Shown here one piece after another: positions 10,766-24,311 of a stretch of 64,000 nt of DNA. Below the pieces are notes generated by a model. It saw only the letters and a program-made list of their open reading frames with translations, searched no databases and was not told where the DNA came from. Where the stretch lies: NCBI GenBank assembly GCA_002269645.1, contig NIVC01001445.1, positions 62,001 through 126,000 of the forward strand, in the 5' to 3' direction. The first letter of the stretch is position 1. Every line of letters starts with the position of its first letter. The DNA is from Macrostomum lignano. Taxonomy: Eukaryota. Position numbers and translations under genes: made by a program.

Positions 10766-11626
10766 TTGAAGTAAAAAAGTTTATGATCTTTGGTCTACCT
10801 GTCCTAAAATTATCTAGCAATTTACTATCTTTTCTACTATCCGATATCGTTCAGTAGCTACGACTAAAATCTTCGTTAAGTTTCTTATAAAATTGTTTTT
10901 TATGCTGTGTCAGAATCCGTTGAATTTCTTCATTAAAGCTCACGCAGGGTGTACAGCGGCTCCGGCTTGAGACTCACAAAACTGCCAGAATTGCAGCATT
11001 TTTAAAAGCCTCCGGAAGGCTTCAGCCAGCAGCATTCTCTGCAACAGAGGCGTCGTTTCCTAATTTGTTTAAATCGTCCAGATTTCCAGCCCCGGCTCCA
11101 GCGCCTCCTCAATCTTCGTCTTCTTAAACTCAATTTCCCCGCAGCTCCCAGCGGCACCGGCTGAGGCTCTCCATAGTAGCGCCGCGGCTCCTCACTTCAA
11201 TCTTCTCTGAGCTGGGCCTTCGAATTAGCTCGGGTGAAGGATAAAGAGCTGAGGCCTTTTCCACTTCCCTCCCTGACTCGATTGCGCAATCGCTCAGCTC
11301 TCGGGCGCGGCCGAATTTCCTTTTCCTGTCTTTACCCGGATGAAGAATATCGGATGCTGGGGAGCGCGCGACGCGGGGTTGAAAGGGTCGTGCTTGACGG
11401 GTAAGGGAGAATAAGTGTCGGGGTTTGGCAGCTCGACTTCTCCCTGTGTGTGAGGCGGCGGCACTCAGCGACTAGCGGGTGCAGCCATGGAGTTTCAGAA
11501 TCCGGTGTCTGGAGAGGACGCTGGGGAGCTGATGCAGCTCTGTCCTAAAAGCCACTCATCTGGTTCCCAGCAGTTTTCACGCCAATGTCCGGAAATGTCC
11601 GGACTTCATTGATACTTATCCTATCC

Positions 11627-12185
11627 GGGACTTCCTCAATCTGGGACTTCCTCAATCTGGGACATCCTCAATCTGGGACTTCATCAATCTGGGACTTCAT
11701 CAATCTGGGACTTCCTCAATCTGGGACTTCCTCAATCTGGGACTTCCTCAATCTGGGACTTCCTCAATCTGGGACTTCATCAATCTGGGACTTCATCAAT
11801 CTGGGACATCCTCAATCTGGGACTTCATCAATCTGGGACTTCATCAATCTGGGACTTCCTCAATCTGAGACTTCCTCAATCTGGGACTTCCTCAATCTGG
11901 GACTTCCTCAATCTGAGACTTCCTCAATCTGGGACTTCCTCAATCTGGGACATCCTCAATCTGGGACATCCTCAATCTGGGACATCCTCAATCTGGGACT
12001 TCCTCAATCTGGGACTTGTTCAATCTGGGACTTGTTCAATCTGGGACTTGTTCAATCTGGGACTTCCTCAATCTGGGATTTCCTCAATCTGGGACTTCCT
12101 CAATCAGGCAATTATTCAGTATGGGACCCCCTCAACCTGGGACTTTACCAATCTGGGACTTCCTCAATCAGAGACTTCCTCAATT
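11627..12185. repeat. 16-bp minisatellite (CTGGGACTTCCTCAAT), ~35 units
   Basis: Direct reading. Confidence 0.96.
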
Positions 12186-12604
12186 CCTCAATTCTGGGCC
12201 AGCTCAGCTCCAATCCAGATGGCGGTTCATTTTCGAACTCCATGACGTAGCTCAAGTCCGGATGAACAGAGAGAGATAAGAGAGATGGAGGCGGTGAGGT
12301 CACTGCATGCCGCATAGATGGACCCAGAGATAAACTTAGGGAGGTCAAATTATTTGAAGTTATCTTAGTTACCGCGTGATTGAATGGGGAATGCAGAGAA
12401 TGCCTGATTGGATTTTTTCTCCGGAACTCGCGGACACAAAGGCGGCGGTTTAACGCCAGCGCTGCAGCGATATGGGTTGGATGGTTTTTCTTAGAAAGGC
12501 GATAAGCAAGCTTAAGAGAGCCTTGCGGCTTCGAGAGTTGAGTGGGTCAGCCTCTCTGTGTCTCTGTGTCTGAGACAGCTGTGCCACAGGCTTTTGTTCA
12601 TAGA

Positions 12605-12775
12605 TGCGAGGGGTCGTAGCTGCGAGGGGTCATAGTTGCGAGGGGTCATAGTTGCGAGGGGTCATAGCTGCGAGGGAGGGGCCATAGCTGCGAGGGAGGG
12701 GTCATAGCTGCGAGGGAGGGGTCATAGCTGCGAGGGAGGGGTCATAGCTGCGAGGAGTCTTAGCTGCAAGGGGTC
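12605..12775. repeat. 17-21-bp minisatellite (GGGGTCATAGCTGCGA[GGGA])
   Basis: Direct reading. Confidence 0.9.
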
Positions 12776-12805
12776 TTAGAAAAATATGCGGACAAGGGAG
12801 AGGGA

Positions 12806-13256
12806 TGGGTAGACAGGTGAGAGAGAATAGGTAGACAGGTGAGAGGGATAGGTAGACAGGTGGGGGGGGTAGGTAGACAGGTAGGAGGGATGGGTAGACA
12901 GGTAGGAGGGATGGGTAGACAGGTGAGAGGGATAGGTAGACAGGTAGGAGGGATGGGTAGACAGGTGGGAGGGACAGGTAGACAGGTAGGAGGGATGGGT
13001 AGACAGGTGAGAGGGATGGGTAGACAGGTAGGAGGGATGGGTAGACAGGTGAGAGGGATGGGTAGACAGGTAGGAGGGATGGGTAGACAGGTGGGAGGGA
13101 CAGGTAGACAGGTAGGAGGGATGGGTAGACAGGTGGGAGGGACAGGTAGACAGGTAGGAGGGATGGGTAGACAGGTGGGAGGGATGGGTAGACAGGTGGG
13201 AGGGATGGGTAGACAGGTGGGAGGGATGGGTAGACAGGTGAGAAGGATGGGTAGAC
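12806..13256. repeat. 21-bp G-rich minisatellite (GGTAGACAGGTGGGAGGGATG)
   Basis: Direct reading. Confidence 0.95.
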
Positions 13257-13799
13257 CGGCGAGAATGGATTAATCATGAATTGACTCAGTGGCTTGAGTG
13301 GATTACGGATTAAGAGAAGCACAGCGGATCCCAGAATCAGCAGGTACGAGAAATCAGCCAGACCAGAAAAAAGCCCGTCAATTTTTTGGCAGCGGGAGGG
13401 AAACGGGAGGCAGTTCTGGCGAAAGCGGCGGGGACAATCAGCAGGGAGAGACCAGGAGAGAGAGAGAGAGAGTGATAGTTGATGTCGTACGGGGGAAGCT
13501 GCCAGTCTCATTAATGCGAAAGCTCGCTTATTGACACCTGGCAAACAGCTCTTTGGGGATTCGGCGGAGGCTGTGGGAGCCCCCGGCGACTGGGCATCAA
13601 TCATTGCCGGTCGCTGAAACAAAACACAAAAAGAGGAGGAAAAAAGAGCGATTAATCAGCCTATGGAGTTCGAGTAAAAACTTTTTCTGTTGGATTTTGG
13701 TCGGAGAGCACGGACTTTTGAGTACTTTTATTGGAGCTCACGAGACAAGAATTTACTATGCATAATGATGAATGCCAACAATGATGAAGTAGAGTGTGA

Positions 13800-14840
13800 A
13801 ATCCCATTGAATTAGAGTGTGGGAACTCCAGAGAAGTGGACTGGGAAATTCCATAGAAGTAAAGTAGGAATTCAAATAGAAGTAGAGTGGGAAATCCCTT
13901 TAAAGTAGAGTGGGAATTAGGGTAAATAGGGAAAATATTAGGAAAATATTAGAAAAATAGGGTAGAAAATCCTATAGAAGTAGAGTGGGAATTCAAATAG
14001 AAGTAGAGTGGGAAATCCCATAGAAGTCGAGCGGGAATTCAAATAGAAGTGGAGTGGGAAATCCCATAGAAGTGGAGTGGGAAATCCCATAGAAGTGGAG
14101 TGGGAAATCCTATAGAAGTGGAGTGGAAATCCTATAGAAGTGGAGTGGGAAATCCCATAGAAGTGGAGTGGGAAATCCTACAGAAGTGGACTGAGAAAGC
14201 CCATAGAAATAGAGTGGGAAATCCTTCAGAAGTAGAGTGAGAAACCCCATAGAAGTGGAGTGGGAAATCCCATAGAAGTGGAGTGGGAAATCCCATAGAA
14301 GTGGAGTGGGAAATCCTATAGAAGTGGACTGAGAAAGCCCATAGAAATAGAGTGGGAAATCCTTCAGAAGTAGAGTGAGAAACCCCATAGAAGTGGAGTG
14401 GGAAACCCCATAGAAGTGGAGTGGGAAATCCCATAGAAATAGAGTGGGAAATCCTTCAGAAGTAGAGTGAGAAACCCCATAGAAGTGGAGTGGGAAATCC
14501 CATAGAAGTGGAGTGGGAAATCCTATAGAAGTGGAGTGGGAAATCCCATAGAAGTGGAGTGGGAAATCCCATAGAAGTGGAGTGGGAAATCCTATAGAAG
14601 TAGAGTGGGAAATCAAATAGAAGTAGAGTGGGAAATGTCATAGAAGTGGAGTGGGAAATCAAATAGAAGTTGAGTGGGAATTCAAATAGAAGTGGAGTGG
14701 GAAATGTCATAGAAGTGGAGTGGGAATTCAAATAGAAGTGGAGTGGGAATTCAAATAGAAGTAGAGTGGGAATTCAAATAGAAGTAGAGTGGGAAATGTC
14801 ATAGAAGTGGAGTGGAAAATCCTATAGAAGTAGAGTGTGA
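13800..14840. repeat. 23-bp minisatellite (TAGAAGTGGAGTGGGAAATCCCA), degenerate at its left end
   Basis: Direct reading. Confidence 0.95.
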
Positions 14841-15391
14841 AATTGTTCAAAATAGAATTGGAAGACCTCGAATTTGAAAGTTAAGATCCAAGATAGAAAA
14901 GGCGCTCAGTTTTTTCTTAATTTTACCCCAACTTAAAAATTTTTCTCCCATCTTTTGGGTCCCAAAGGCAAGTGGGAGCTGGGCCAGCCCCCCCCCCCCC
15001 CAGAGATCAGTATCTGAGCCCCCAACACAGCGGGCCCCGTGTTTTCTTAGCTGATGACGCAACAACCGCGGCGACATTCCCGAGAGTGGCCTCCGGGATC
15101 GCTGGCTGGAAATCTGTTTTTGGGCTCGCGGGCGCAGCGGGAAGCCAGAGTCAGGGTTTGATGGGATCGGGGGCCGGGCAATTAGGGAAGTTGGTTGGGC
15201 CTGCTGAATTTGCAGTTATTTCCATATCTAGAATATTAATTTATTGCCTGTTGCATTGTTTAAAGTGTGACTGTCGGTGAAGTGATAAGCGAGAGTTTAT
15301 CGATTTTTTATTCGTCACTAATTATGGCCTCTGCTATTATGACCTATGACCGAACTAGGTGGGACGCTTAGCGGCATGTTGCAGATAGCCC

Positions 15392-15530
15392 TTGCAGATA
15401 TGACCCTTTGCAGATATGACTCCTTGCAGATATGACTCCTTGCAGATATGACTCCTTGCAGATATGACTCCATGCAGATATGACTCCTTGCAGATATGAC
15501 CATCTGCAGATATGACTCCATGCAGATATG
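15392..15530. repeat. 16-bp minisatellite (TGCAGATATGACTCCT)
   Basis: Direct reading; merges into the adjacent 21-bp array. Confidence 0.93.
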
Positions 15531-16299
15531 ACCCCTCACAGGTTAGGTATGACCCCTTACAGGTTAGGTATGACCCCTCACAGGTTAGGTATGACCCCTT
15601 ACAGTTTAGGTATGACCCCTCACAGGTTAGGTATGACCCCTTACAGGTTAGGTATGACCCCTCACAGGTTAGGTATGACCCCTTACAGGTTAGGTATGAC
15701 CCCTCACAGGTTAGGTATGACCCCTTACAGTTTAGGTATGACCCCTCACAGGTTAGGTATGACCCCTTACAGTTTAGGTATGACCCCTCACAGGTTAGGT
15801 AGGACCCCTTACAGGTTAGGTATGACCCCTCACAGGTTAGGTATGACCCCTTACAGTTTAGGTATGACCCCTCACAGGTTAGGTAGGACCCCTTACAGGT
15901 TAGGTATGACCCCTTACAGGTTAGGTATGACCCCTTACAGGTTAGGTATGACCCCTTACAGGTTAGGTATGACTTCTTACAGGTTAGGTATGACCCCTTA
16001 CAGGTTAGGTATGACCCCTTACAGGTTAGGTATGACCCCTTACAGGTTAGGTATGACTTCTTACAGGTTAGGTATGACCCCTCACAGGTTAGGTATGACC
16101 CCTTACAGGTTAGGTATGACCCCTCACAGGTTAGGTATGACCCCTTACAGGTTAGGTATGACCCCTTACAGGTTAGGTATGACTTCTTACAGGTTAGGTA
16201 TGACCCCTTACAGGTTAGGTATGACCCCTTACAGGTTAGGTATGACCCCTTACAGGTTAGGTATGACCCCTTACAGGTTAGGTATGACCCCTTACAGGT
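15527..16299. repeat. 21-bp minisatellite (GGTATGACCCCTTACAGGTTA), ~36 units
   Basis: Direct reading. Confidence 0.97.
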
Positions 16300-17045
16300 A
16301 CTGTATTACTCCATACAGATTTAAATCCCAGACGACGCTCGCTCTCATTATCTGTGACGACCTTAACAACCGATTGGCAACAAAAAATATCTGTACAGCA
16401 AAAAAAAACAGATTTCCTGAGCCACCTGCCAATTTTCTCTGCTCCGTCTGATGTATCCATTCCTACATGTAGCCAATGCAGTAAAAAATTACAACCCCGT
16501 ATTGTTAACAAGCATTCTTCATATCATTCCTAAGCAATCAAGTGCTTGAACACCAGCTATGCTGTGCAAATGTATGACGCCATTCACATGCATATCTGAG
16601 TCTTTGTCAAGTGTCCAAGACTCTTCTATTCATGGCCAACAGCCACACAATGCTTCTCATTACGAACCTGGGAGCCCCCGTTTTCAACCACAGCACGTAG
16701 TCCATTGTCTTTGTTCCTTGCAAAGCTAGTAGATTTTTTTCATACTGACTTCTAGCATTCAGCCAAGCTATCAGTCAGTGAGGCAGCCTTGTCGCGAAGT
16801 CTGGCCTCTTCAACTCCAAAATTGGGGTGCCATGGACGACATCATTAATTTCTATAAATACGAAGCAGCCCTTGGGTTTGAAGAAAAAACACAAGATCTA
16901 CTTTGTTAGGAGATCCTATCTGCTATTCATCTTCAGTTTTTTTAGAATAAGATTTTAATGAATAGCAATGGCAATTGTCAGGCCCGGGTCACCTGGCAAC
17001 TGTGCTTGCCAAAAAACTCGAATCTTCATCTAATCGACTTTTGCA

Positions 17046-18083
17046 TGAGATCGTCTATGACCGCACTCTGACTCTCTCCAATGAGATCATCTATGACCGC
17101 ACTCTGACTCTCTCCAAAGAGATCATCTACGACCGCACTCTGACTCTCTCCAATGAGATCATCTATGACCGCACTCTGACTCTCTCCAAAGAGATCATCT
17201 ACGACCGCACTCTGACTCTCTCCAATGAGATCATCTATGACCGCACTCTGACTCTCTCCAATGAGATCATCTACGACCGCACTCTGACTCTCTCCAATGA
17301 GATCATCTATGACCGCACTCTGACTCTCTCCAATAAGATCGTCTATGACCGCACTCTGACCCTCTCCAATGAGATCATCTATGACCGCACTCTGACCCTC
17401 TCCAATGAGATCATCTATGACCGCACTCTGACCCTCTCCAATGAGATCATATATGACCACACTCTGACTCTCTCCAATGAGATCATATATGACCACACTC
17501 TGACCCTCTCCAATGAGATCATCTATGACCGCACTCTGACTCTCTCCAATAAGATCGTCTATGACCGCACTCTGACCCTCTCCAATGAGATCATCTATGA
17601 CCGCACTCTGACCCTCTCCAATGAGATCATCTATGACCGCACTCTGACCCTCTCCAATGAGATCATATATGACCACACTCTGACTCTCTCCAATGAGATC
17701 ATATATGACCACACTCTGACCCTCTCCAATGAGATCATCTATGACCGCACTCTGACTCTCTCCAATAAGATCGTCTATGACCGCACTCTGACCCTCTCCA
17801 ATGAGATCATATATGACCACACTCTGACTCTCTCTAATGAGATCATCTATGACCGCACTCTGACCCTCTCCAATGAGATCATCTATGACCGCACTCTGAC
17901 CCTCTCCAATGAGATCATATATGACCACACTCTGACTCTCTCCAATGAGATCATATATGACCACACTCTGACCCTCTCCAATGAGATCATCTATGACCGC
18001 ACTCTAACTCTCTCCAATGAGATCATCTATGACCGCACTCTGACTCTCTCCAATAAGATCGTCTATGACCGCACTCTGACACT
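17046..18083. repeat. 36-bp minisatellite (GAGATCATCTATGACCGCACTCTGACTCTCTCCAAT), ~29 units, open in one frame on each strand
   Basis: Direct reading. Confidence 0.97.
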
Positions 18084-18699
18084 CTGAGATTTATTACTTA
18101 TCATTGACTCGCTTCCCGGAGATCTGTGACTATATTAATAACTATCGACCATGATATCCACATTAATCTCTGAACTTTGACTCTCTGAGAGAAACGGACT
18201 TCTGGCTGGACACTCCAGATCAACTGTCGCTGCTGCCAAACAGGAATTGCTATTGGCCTCTGAAATAATTACACGTCTAGTAAATTTGCCATCCAATACT
18301 TTCCATGCTCGAAGCGGGCCTGAGTTGCCAAGCAAACTAATTGCGGTTGAAACTTGACTGTCTGCTCAGTATTCGTGTTGGAGGGGTTGCCTGCCCCAGG
18401 TTTATCAGTTTGCTCCGCTGTGTGTGCGCTCTGCAACCACTCCAAGCCTGTTATGTTTGCTCTCTGATGCATCGAGTTGCTTTATCGAACTCGGCCGGAG
18501 CACACCGCTTTGCTTTGCGACTGCAGTGCGGGCCTTCTTGTGCGTGAGGTGGGTCTGCGAAACTGGCTGCGAGAGATGGGGGTGACACGTGAGATGTAGG
18601 GTGAAGGTTAGAAAACAATGAGGCGCTTAGGAGGAGAAATCTGTTAGAGAAGTTGAGCTGGTTCCGAGATGGCTTGTGAAGTGAACGGAAAAGAGCTAG

Positions 18700-19375
18700 A
18701 GGGGATAGATCTATAGGGAGAGGGGATAGATCAATGGGGAGAGGGGATAGATCTATAGGGAGAGGGGATAGATCAATGGGGAGAGGGGATAGATCTATAG
18801 GGAGAGGGGATAGATCTATAGGGAGAGGGGATAGATCTATAGGGAGAGGGAAGATCAATGGGGAGAGGGGATAGATCTATAGGGAGAGGGAAGATCAATG
18901 GGGAGAGGGGATAGATCTATAGGGAGAGGGGATAGATCTATAGGGAGAGGGAAGATCAATAGGGAGAGGGGATAGATCTATAGGGAGAGGGAAGATCAAT
19001 AGGGAGAGGGATAGATCTAAAGGAAGATGGGATAGATCAGTATAGAGAGGGGATAGATCAATGAGGAGAGCGATAGATCAATGGGGAGAGGAGATAGATC
19101 TATAGGAAGATGGGATAGATCAATGGGGAGAGGGGATAGATCTATAGGGAGAGGGGATAGATCTATAGGGAGAGGGAAGATCAATAGGGAGAGGGGATAG
19201 ATCTATAGGGAGAGGGAAGATCAATAGGGAGAGGGATAGATCTAAAGGAAGATGGGATAGATCAGTATAGAGAGGGGATAGATCAATGAGGAGAGCGATA
19301 GATCAATGGGGAGAGGAGATAGATCTATAGGAAGATGGGATAGATCAATGGGGAGAGGGGACAGATTAATGGGAG
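18700..19375. repeat. ~21-bp purine-rich minisatellite (GGGAGAGGGGATAGATCTATA)
   Basis: Direct reading; contains the palindrome ATAGATCTAT. Confidence 0.95.
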
Positions 19376-19454
19376 AGGAGATAAATCAAAGGGCGATTTA
19401 GACAGCAGGTGGGGGGGAGGGTAAGGAGAGGAGATCAGAGATGCTGAAGCAGAG

Positions 19455-19695
19455 GTCAGTGCAAGCTGCGGCCAGACAGAAGCCAGGGTCAGTGCAAGCT
19501 GCGGCCAGACAGAAGCCAGGGTCAGTGCAAGCTGCGGCCAGACAGAAGCCAGGGTCAGTGCAAGCTGCGGCCAGACAGAAGCCAGGGTCAGTGCAAGCTG
19601 CGGCCAGACAGAAGCCAGGGTCAGTGCAAGCTGCGGCCAGACAGAAGCCAGGGTCAGTGCAAGCTGCGGCCAGACAGAAGCCAGGGTCAGTGCAG
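19455..19695. repeat. 33-bp homogeneous minisatellite (GGGTCAGTGCAAGCTGCGGCCAGACAGAAGCCA), ~7 units
   Basis: Direct reading. Confidence 0.96.
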
Positions 19696-21090
19696 TCGGC
19701 CACACGAGGATACCAGAGTTGCGTCTCACCATTCCGTCTCGCTGATCCCCTGCAGCTCAAGCACTTAATTGCCCCGGCTGGCCCTAATAAAACAATTTTA
19801 CAGGCCCAAGCGGCTTGGGGCGGCGCGGTCGGCAAGGATGAAAGGCCAGTTGCGCCTCCCGCCATCTCCAAGCCATTATTGCTATCAAGGCTGGACTGTT
19901 TGGCTTAGCCTATGCCCGTGTTTGAGATCCACTTTGGAGAATCTTGATGATGCATATCCCGGATATCTGGGAAAACTTTTCGACTCGCCCTGTTCTGCTC
20001 AAACTACACTTTGAGCAAATATAAAATAGAAGGTGAAGTTGCAGACAGATCTGGGCTGAGCACAGGGAGAGGGGGATTAACAAGATGGCTTGAGTCCATC
20101 CATTTAGTTGATTGAGCACCCAGGGCCACTCTATCACTTCTAAATCCTCTGCTGCTTTGCCTTGCCCCCCCCCCTGTTTCTCCCACAACTTTGCTTTTCA
20201 TCTCTGCCCCAATACCCTGCCTGGCAACCAGGCTAGCGGACTCGCGGTCTGCAAGAAACTCATTATTAAGCGTGTGAGTGTGTGGATGCGGATCCCCGGG
20301 CTGACGGGTCCCCTGAGAATCGGGCTGGCGGTGCCGGCAACTGCAATTTGACAAGGAGGCGAGCAGATCTGCAGCATGCAGCAGATGAGATGAGTGAGAA
20401 GGTGCTCAAGGCTGAGAGGGAGAAAAGAGAAGCGGATGAAATTTTGAGAACCCGCCGCATTGCTGCTCAGGAAATGGCTTCCCCATTGTATTGAAAGGAG
20501 AATTCACTTCTTCTGCAAATGGAAACGAGATTGAGGAAGATTTCCTGCTGTAATTGTGACATTTTTGTCTGCAGACACACGAAAACCACCAGCACAAGCG
20601 GACAAGGGGAAAGTAGCTGACGGTAAAGAAAATCTTCAAATTCTGCCACCTCTTCACACCCGATGAGTCTGCTGCTTTCAGCTGCAAATTCTAGTCTAAA
20701 ATTTTTTCAACAGGCCAGCAATGCTAGAGGCGCTGCTGCTCCTGCATTCTTGCTTCGTTTTTTCAGCGTAAAAACTTGCAGGGTGTCAGCGGGCGTGGCT
20801 GCCCGTGCTTTTTCAATGGAACAAAGACTCGCATACGTGTGCCCCAGTCTGATGGAGAGGCCAAGGGGGGAGTTTTATGGAAATTGCCACCAGATAGACT
20901 TGGGGTTGGTGCGCTGGGCTGATCGTCTGTGTCTGCCTGATGAGGTTGAGTCTGCAGTGGGGAAGAGATGCTGGGAGGCGTGTCAGAAAGCAGCTTTTCA
21001 TAACCATTTTTCTAATTCGTTTTGAGTGAGGATTTAAGACTGGGAGTCGGCATCTGCTGCCATGGCCAGCTGCTGCTGGGTTGGGTCATG

Positions 21091-21870
<780 letters not shown>

Positions 21871-22512
21871 CCCTAAATTTGCACATTTTAGTCATAAACA
21901 GCATTTACTTTTATCAATATCTGCCGCATCCGAGCAACAGTGTCCAGGACCCACAGAGCTGGCCTAATCCGTGTTTAACTTCATCTAATGGGATTAACTG
22001 CGCCAGTCACCGTGCTGCACCCCCAGCTCAATATCAATGATTGGGGTGCTGCATTTCAAGCTCAGCACACTGAGAGCTGACAGTTTGGTTTATAAGAGGT
22101 GCAACCCGGACACCTCAGCGGAGCAGAGCATGAGTCAGTCAGAATTTTATCCGATGCTATCAGAGTGAATAAAACTCAGACATGGAGCTGCAGAAATGGA
22201 TTAAGGAATCACCAACTGTACAAAATTATTCCTAACAGTTGAAGACAATTCTTTCTCTCTGAGAGTCTGAAACTAGCGATGACGCAACTCGTGCAATTTG
22301 TCACTGTCGGGTTTGATGGAGCGCCCGGGCAGCTGAGCTGGCGGGACTGGCAGCTGTGGGGGGCTGAGACTGAAGTTTTGAGTTTCACTTGATGGCTAAG
22401 CGGTCAGGGAGTGCGACTTGAAGCAGAATCTGGAGTAGCCGAAATCGCAAGCTTCTACTCAGCCTCCTCACCCTCCCGACTTCCCAATTCCAAGTTAAGC
22501 AAGCAAGCGGTT

Positions 22513-23692
22513 AGGCTTTGGGTTTGGGTTTGGGCTTGGGTTTGGGTTTGGGTTTGGGTTTGGGTTTGGGTTTGGGTTTGGGTTTGGGTTTGGGCTTGGG
22601 TTTGGGTTTGGGTTCGAGTTTGGGTTTGGGTTTGGGCTTGGGTTTGGGTTTTGGTTTGGGTTTGGGTTTGGGTTTGGGTTTGGGTTCGAGTTTGGGTTTG
22701 GGTTTGGGTTTGGGTTTGGGTTTGGGTTTGGGTTTGGGTTTGGGTTTGGGTTTGGGTTCGAGTTTGAGTTTGGGTTTGGGTTTGGGTTTGGGTTTGGGCT
22801 TGGGTTTGGGTTTTGGTTTGGGTTTGGGTTTGGGTTTGGGTTTGGGTTCGAGTTTGGGTTTGGGTTTGGGTTTGGGTTTGGGTTTGGGTTCGAGTTTGGG
22901 TTCGAGTTTGGGTTTGGGCTTGGGTTCGAGTTTGGGTTTGGGTTTGGGTTCGAGTTTGGGTTTGGGTTTGGGTTCGAGTTTGGGTTTGGGTTTGGGTTCG
23001 AGTTTGGGTTTGGGCTTGGGTTTGGGTTTGGCGGGTTTGGGTTTGGGTTTGGGCTTGGGTTTGGGTTTGGGTTTGGGTTTGGGTTTGGGTTTGGGTTTGG
23101 GTTTGGGCTTGGGTTTGGGTTCGAGTTTGGGTTTGGGCTTGGGTTCGAGTTTGGGTTTGGGTTTGGGTTCGAGTTTGGGTTTGGGTTTGGGTTCGAGTTT
23201 GGGTTTGGGCTTGGGTTTGGATTTGGCGGGTTTGGGTTTGGGTTTGGGCTTGGGTTTGGGTTTGGGTTTGGGTTTGGGTTTGGGTTTGGGTTTGGGTTTG
23301 GGCTTGGGTTTGGGTTCGAGTTTGGGTTTGGGCTTGGGTTCGAGTTTGGGTTTGGGTTTGGGTTCGAGTTTGGGTTTGGGCTTGGGTTTGGGTTTGGCGG
23401 GTTTGGGTTTGGGTTTGGGCTTGGGTTTGGGTTTGGGTTTGGGGTTGGGTTCGAGTTTGGGTTTGGGTTTGGGTTTGGGTTTGGGGTTTGGTTTGGGGTT
23501 GGGCTTGGGTTTGGGTTTGGGTTCGAGTTTGGGTTTGGGTTTGGGCTTGGGTTTGGGTTTGGGTTTGGGTTTGGGTTTGGGTTTGGGGTTGAGTTTGGGT
23601 TTGGGCTTGGGTTTGGGTTTGGGTTTGGGCTTGGGTTTGGGTTTGGGCTTGGGTTTGGGTTTGGGTTTGGGTTTGGGTTTGGGTTCGGGTTA
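22513..23692. repeat. (GGGTTT)n telomere-like hexamer array with GGGCTT and GGGTTCGAGTTT variants
   Basis: Direct reading. Confidence 0.98.
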
Positions 23693-24311
23693 TCTGCGTT
23701 AGCTATTTAGCTAATGCATTTAGGATTGGATTTGGACTCCGGATTTTGGCTCTTGGGTCTCCCTGGCTGAGGCCCCAGAGGGAAAGAGGCGGGAGGGAGG
23801 GCGGAGGAGGTCCTGGGTCGCGGGGGCCCCAGCCGCTTCTGACAGCTGCTCAAGGATTTTTTGTGTTTCGAATCCACACAAAGCCAGGGCTTCTGAGAGC
23901 TTTCTGCCGCAATTGGATCCCAATTTCCCCCGGCATCGCTAATACTTCCGAGAGTCTCGTATGTCACTCTCGAACAACTGCTTCGCAGTTTCCACCAACG
24001 CCAGCTCACCAATTCAGTCTCAGACTCAGCCACCCCAGTGGCACCCTTCCCCTGTTTCGAGTCCATTGATAGCTATACTCAAAAAATAAGATTTTTCGAA
24101 ACAATTTCATTCGAACAAAGTATTTATTCCAGTTGGGTGCCTCCGCCAATCAATCAGACTGCAGGCCCGCCGGGGACTTAATTAGATTAATCAGCTCATC
24201 CCTCACGGGGTCGGAGCCGCGTGACGCTGGGCTACAAAGGGCTCTGCGAGCGGCTGTGGGTCGCTTCTGGCAGAGCTGCCTGCCTGTTTGAGTGACTTAC
24301 TTTGGTCAGGT

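Noticed and set aside
16278-16511. hAT-transposase-like peptide VVKVVTDNE in a short minus-strand ORF
   Set aside because: Only a 9-residue resemblance to the VVTDNA motif; the neighbouring frames are full of stops and no TIRs were seen. A profile-HMM search would be needed.
19441-19908. ATG-initiated 155-aa ORF with (QKPGSVQAAAR)n
   Set aside because: Driven by a homogeneous 33-bp tandem repeat; identical units give no evidence of coding selection, and the flanks have no gene features.
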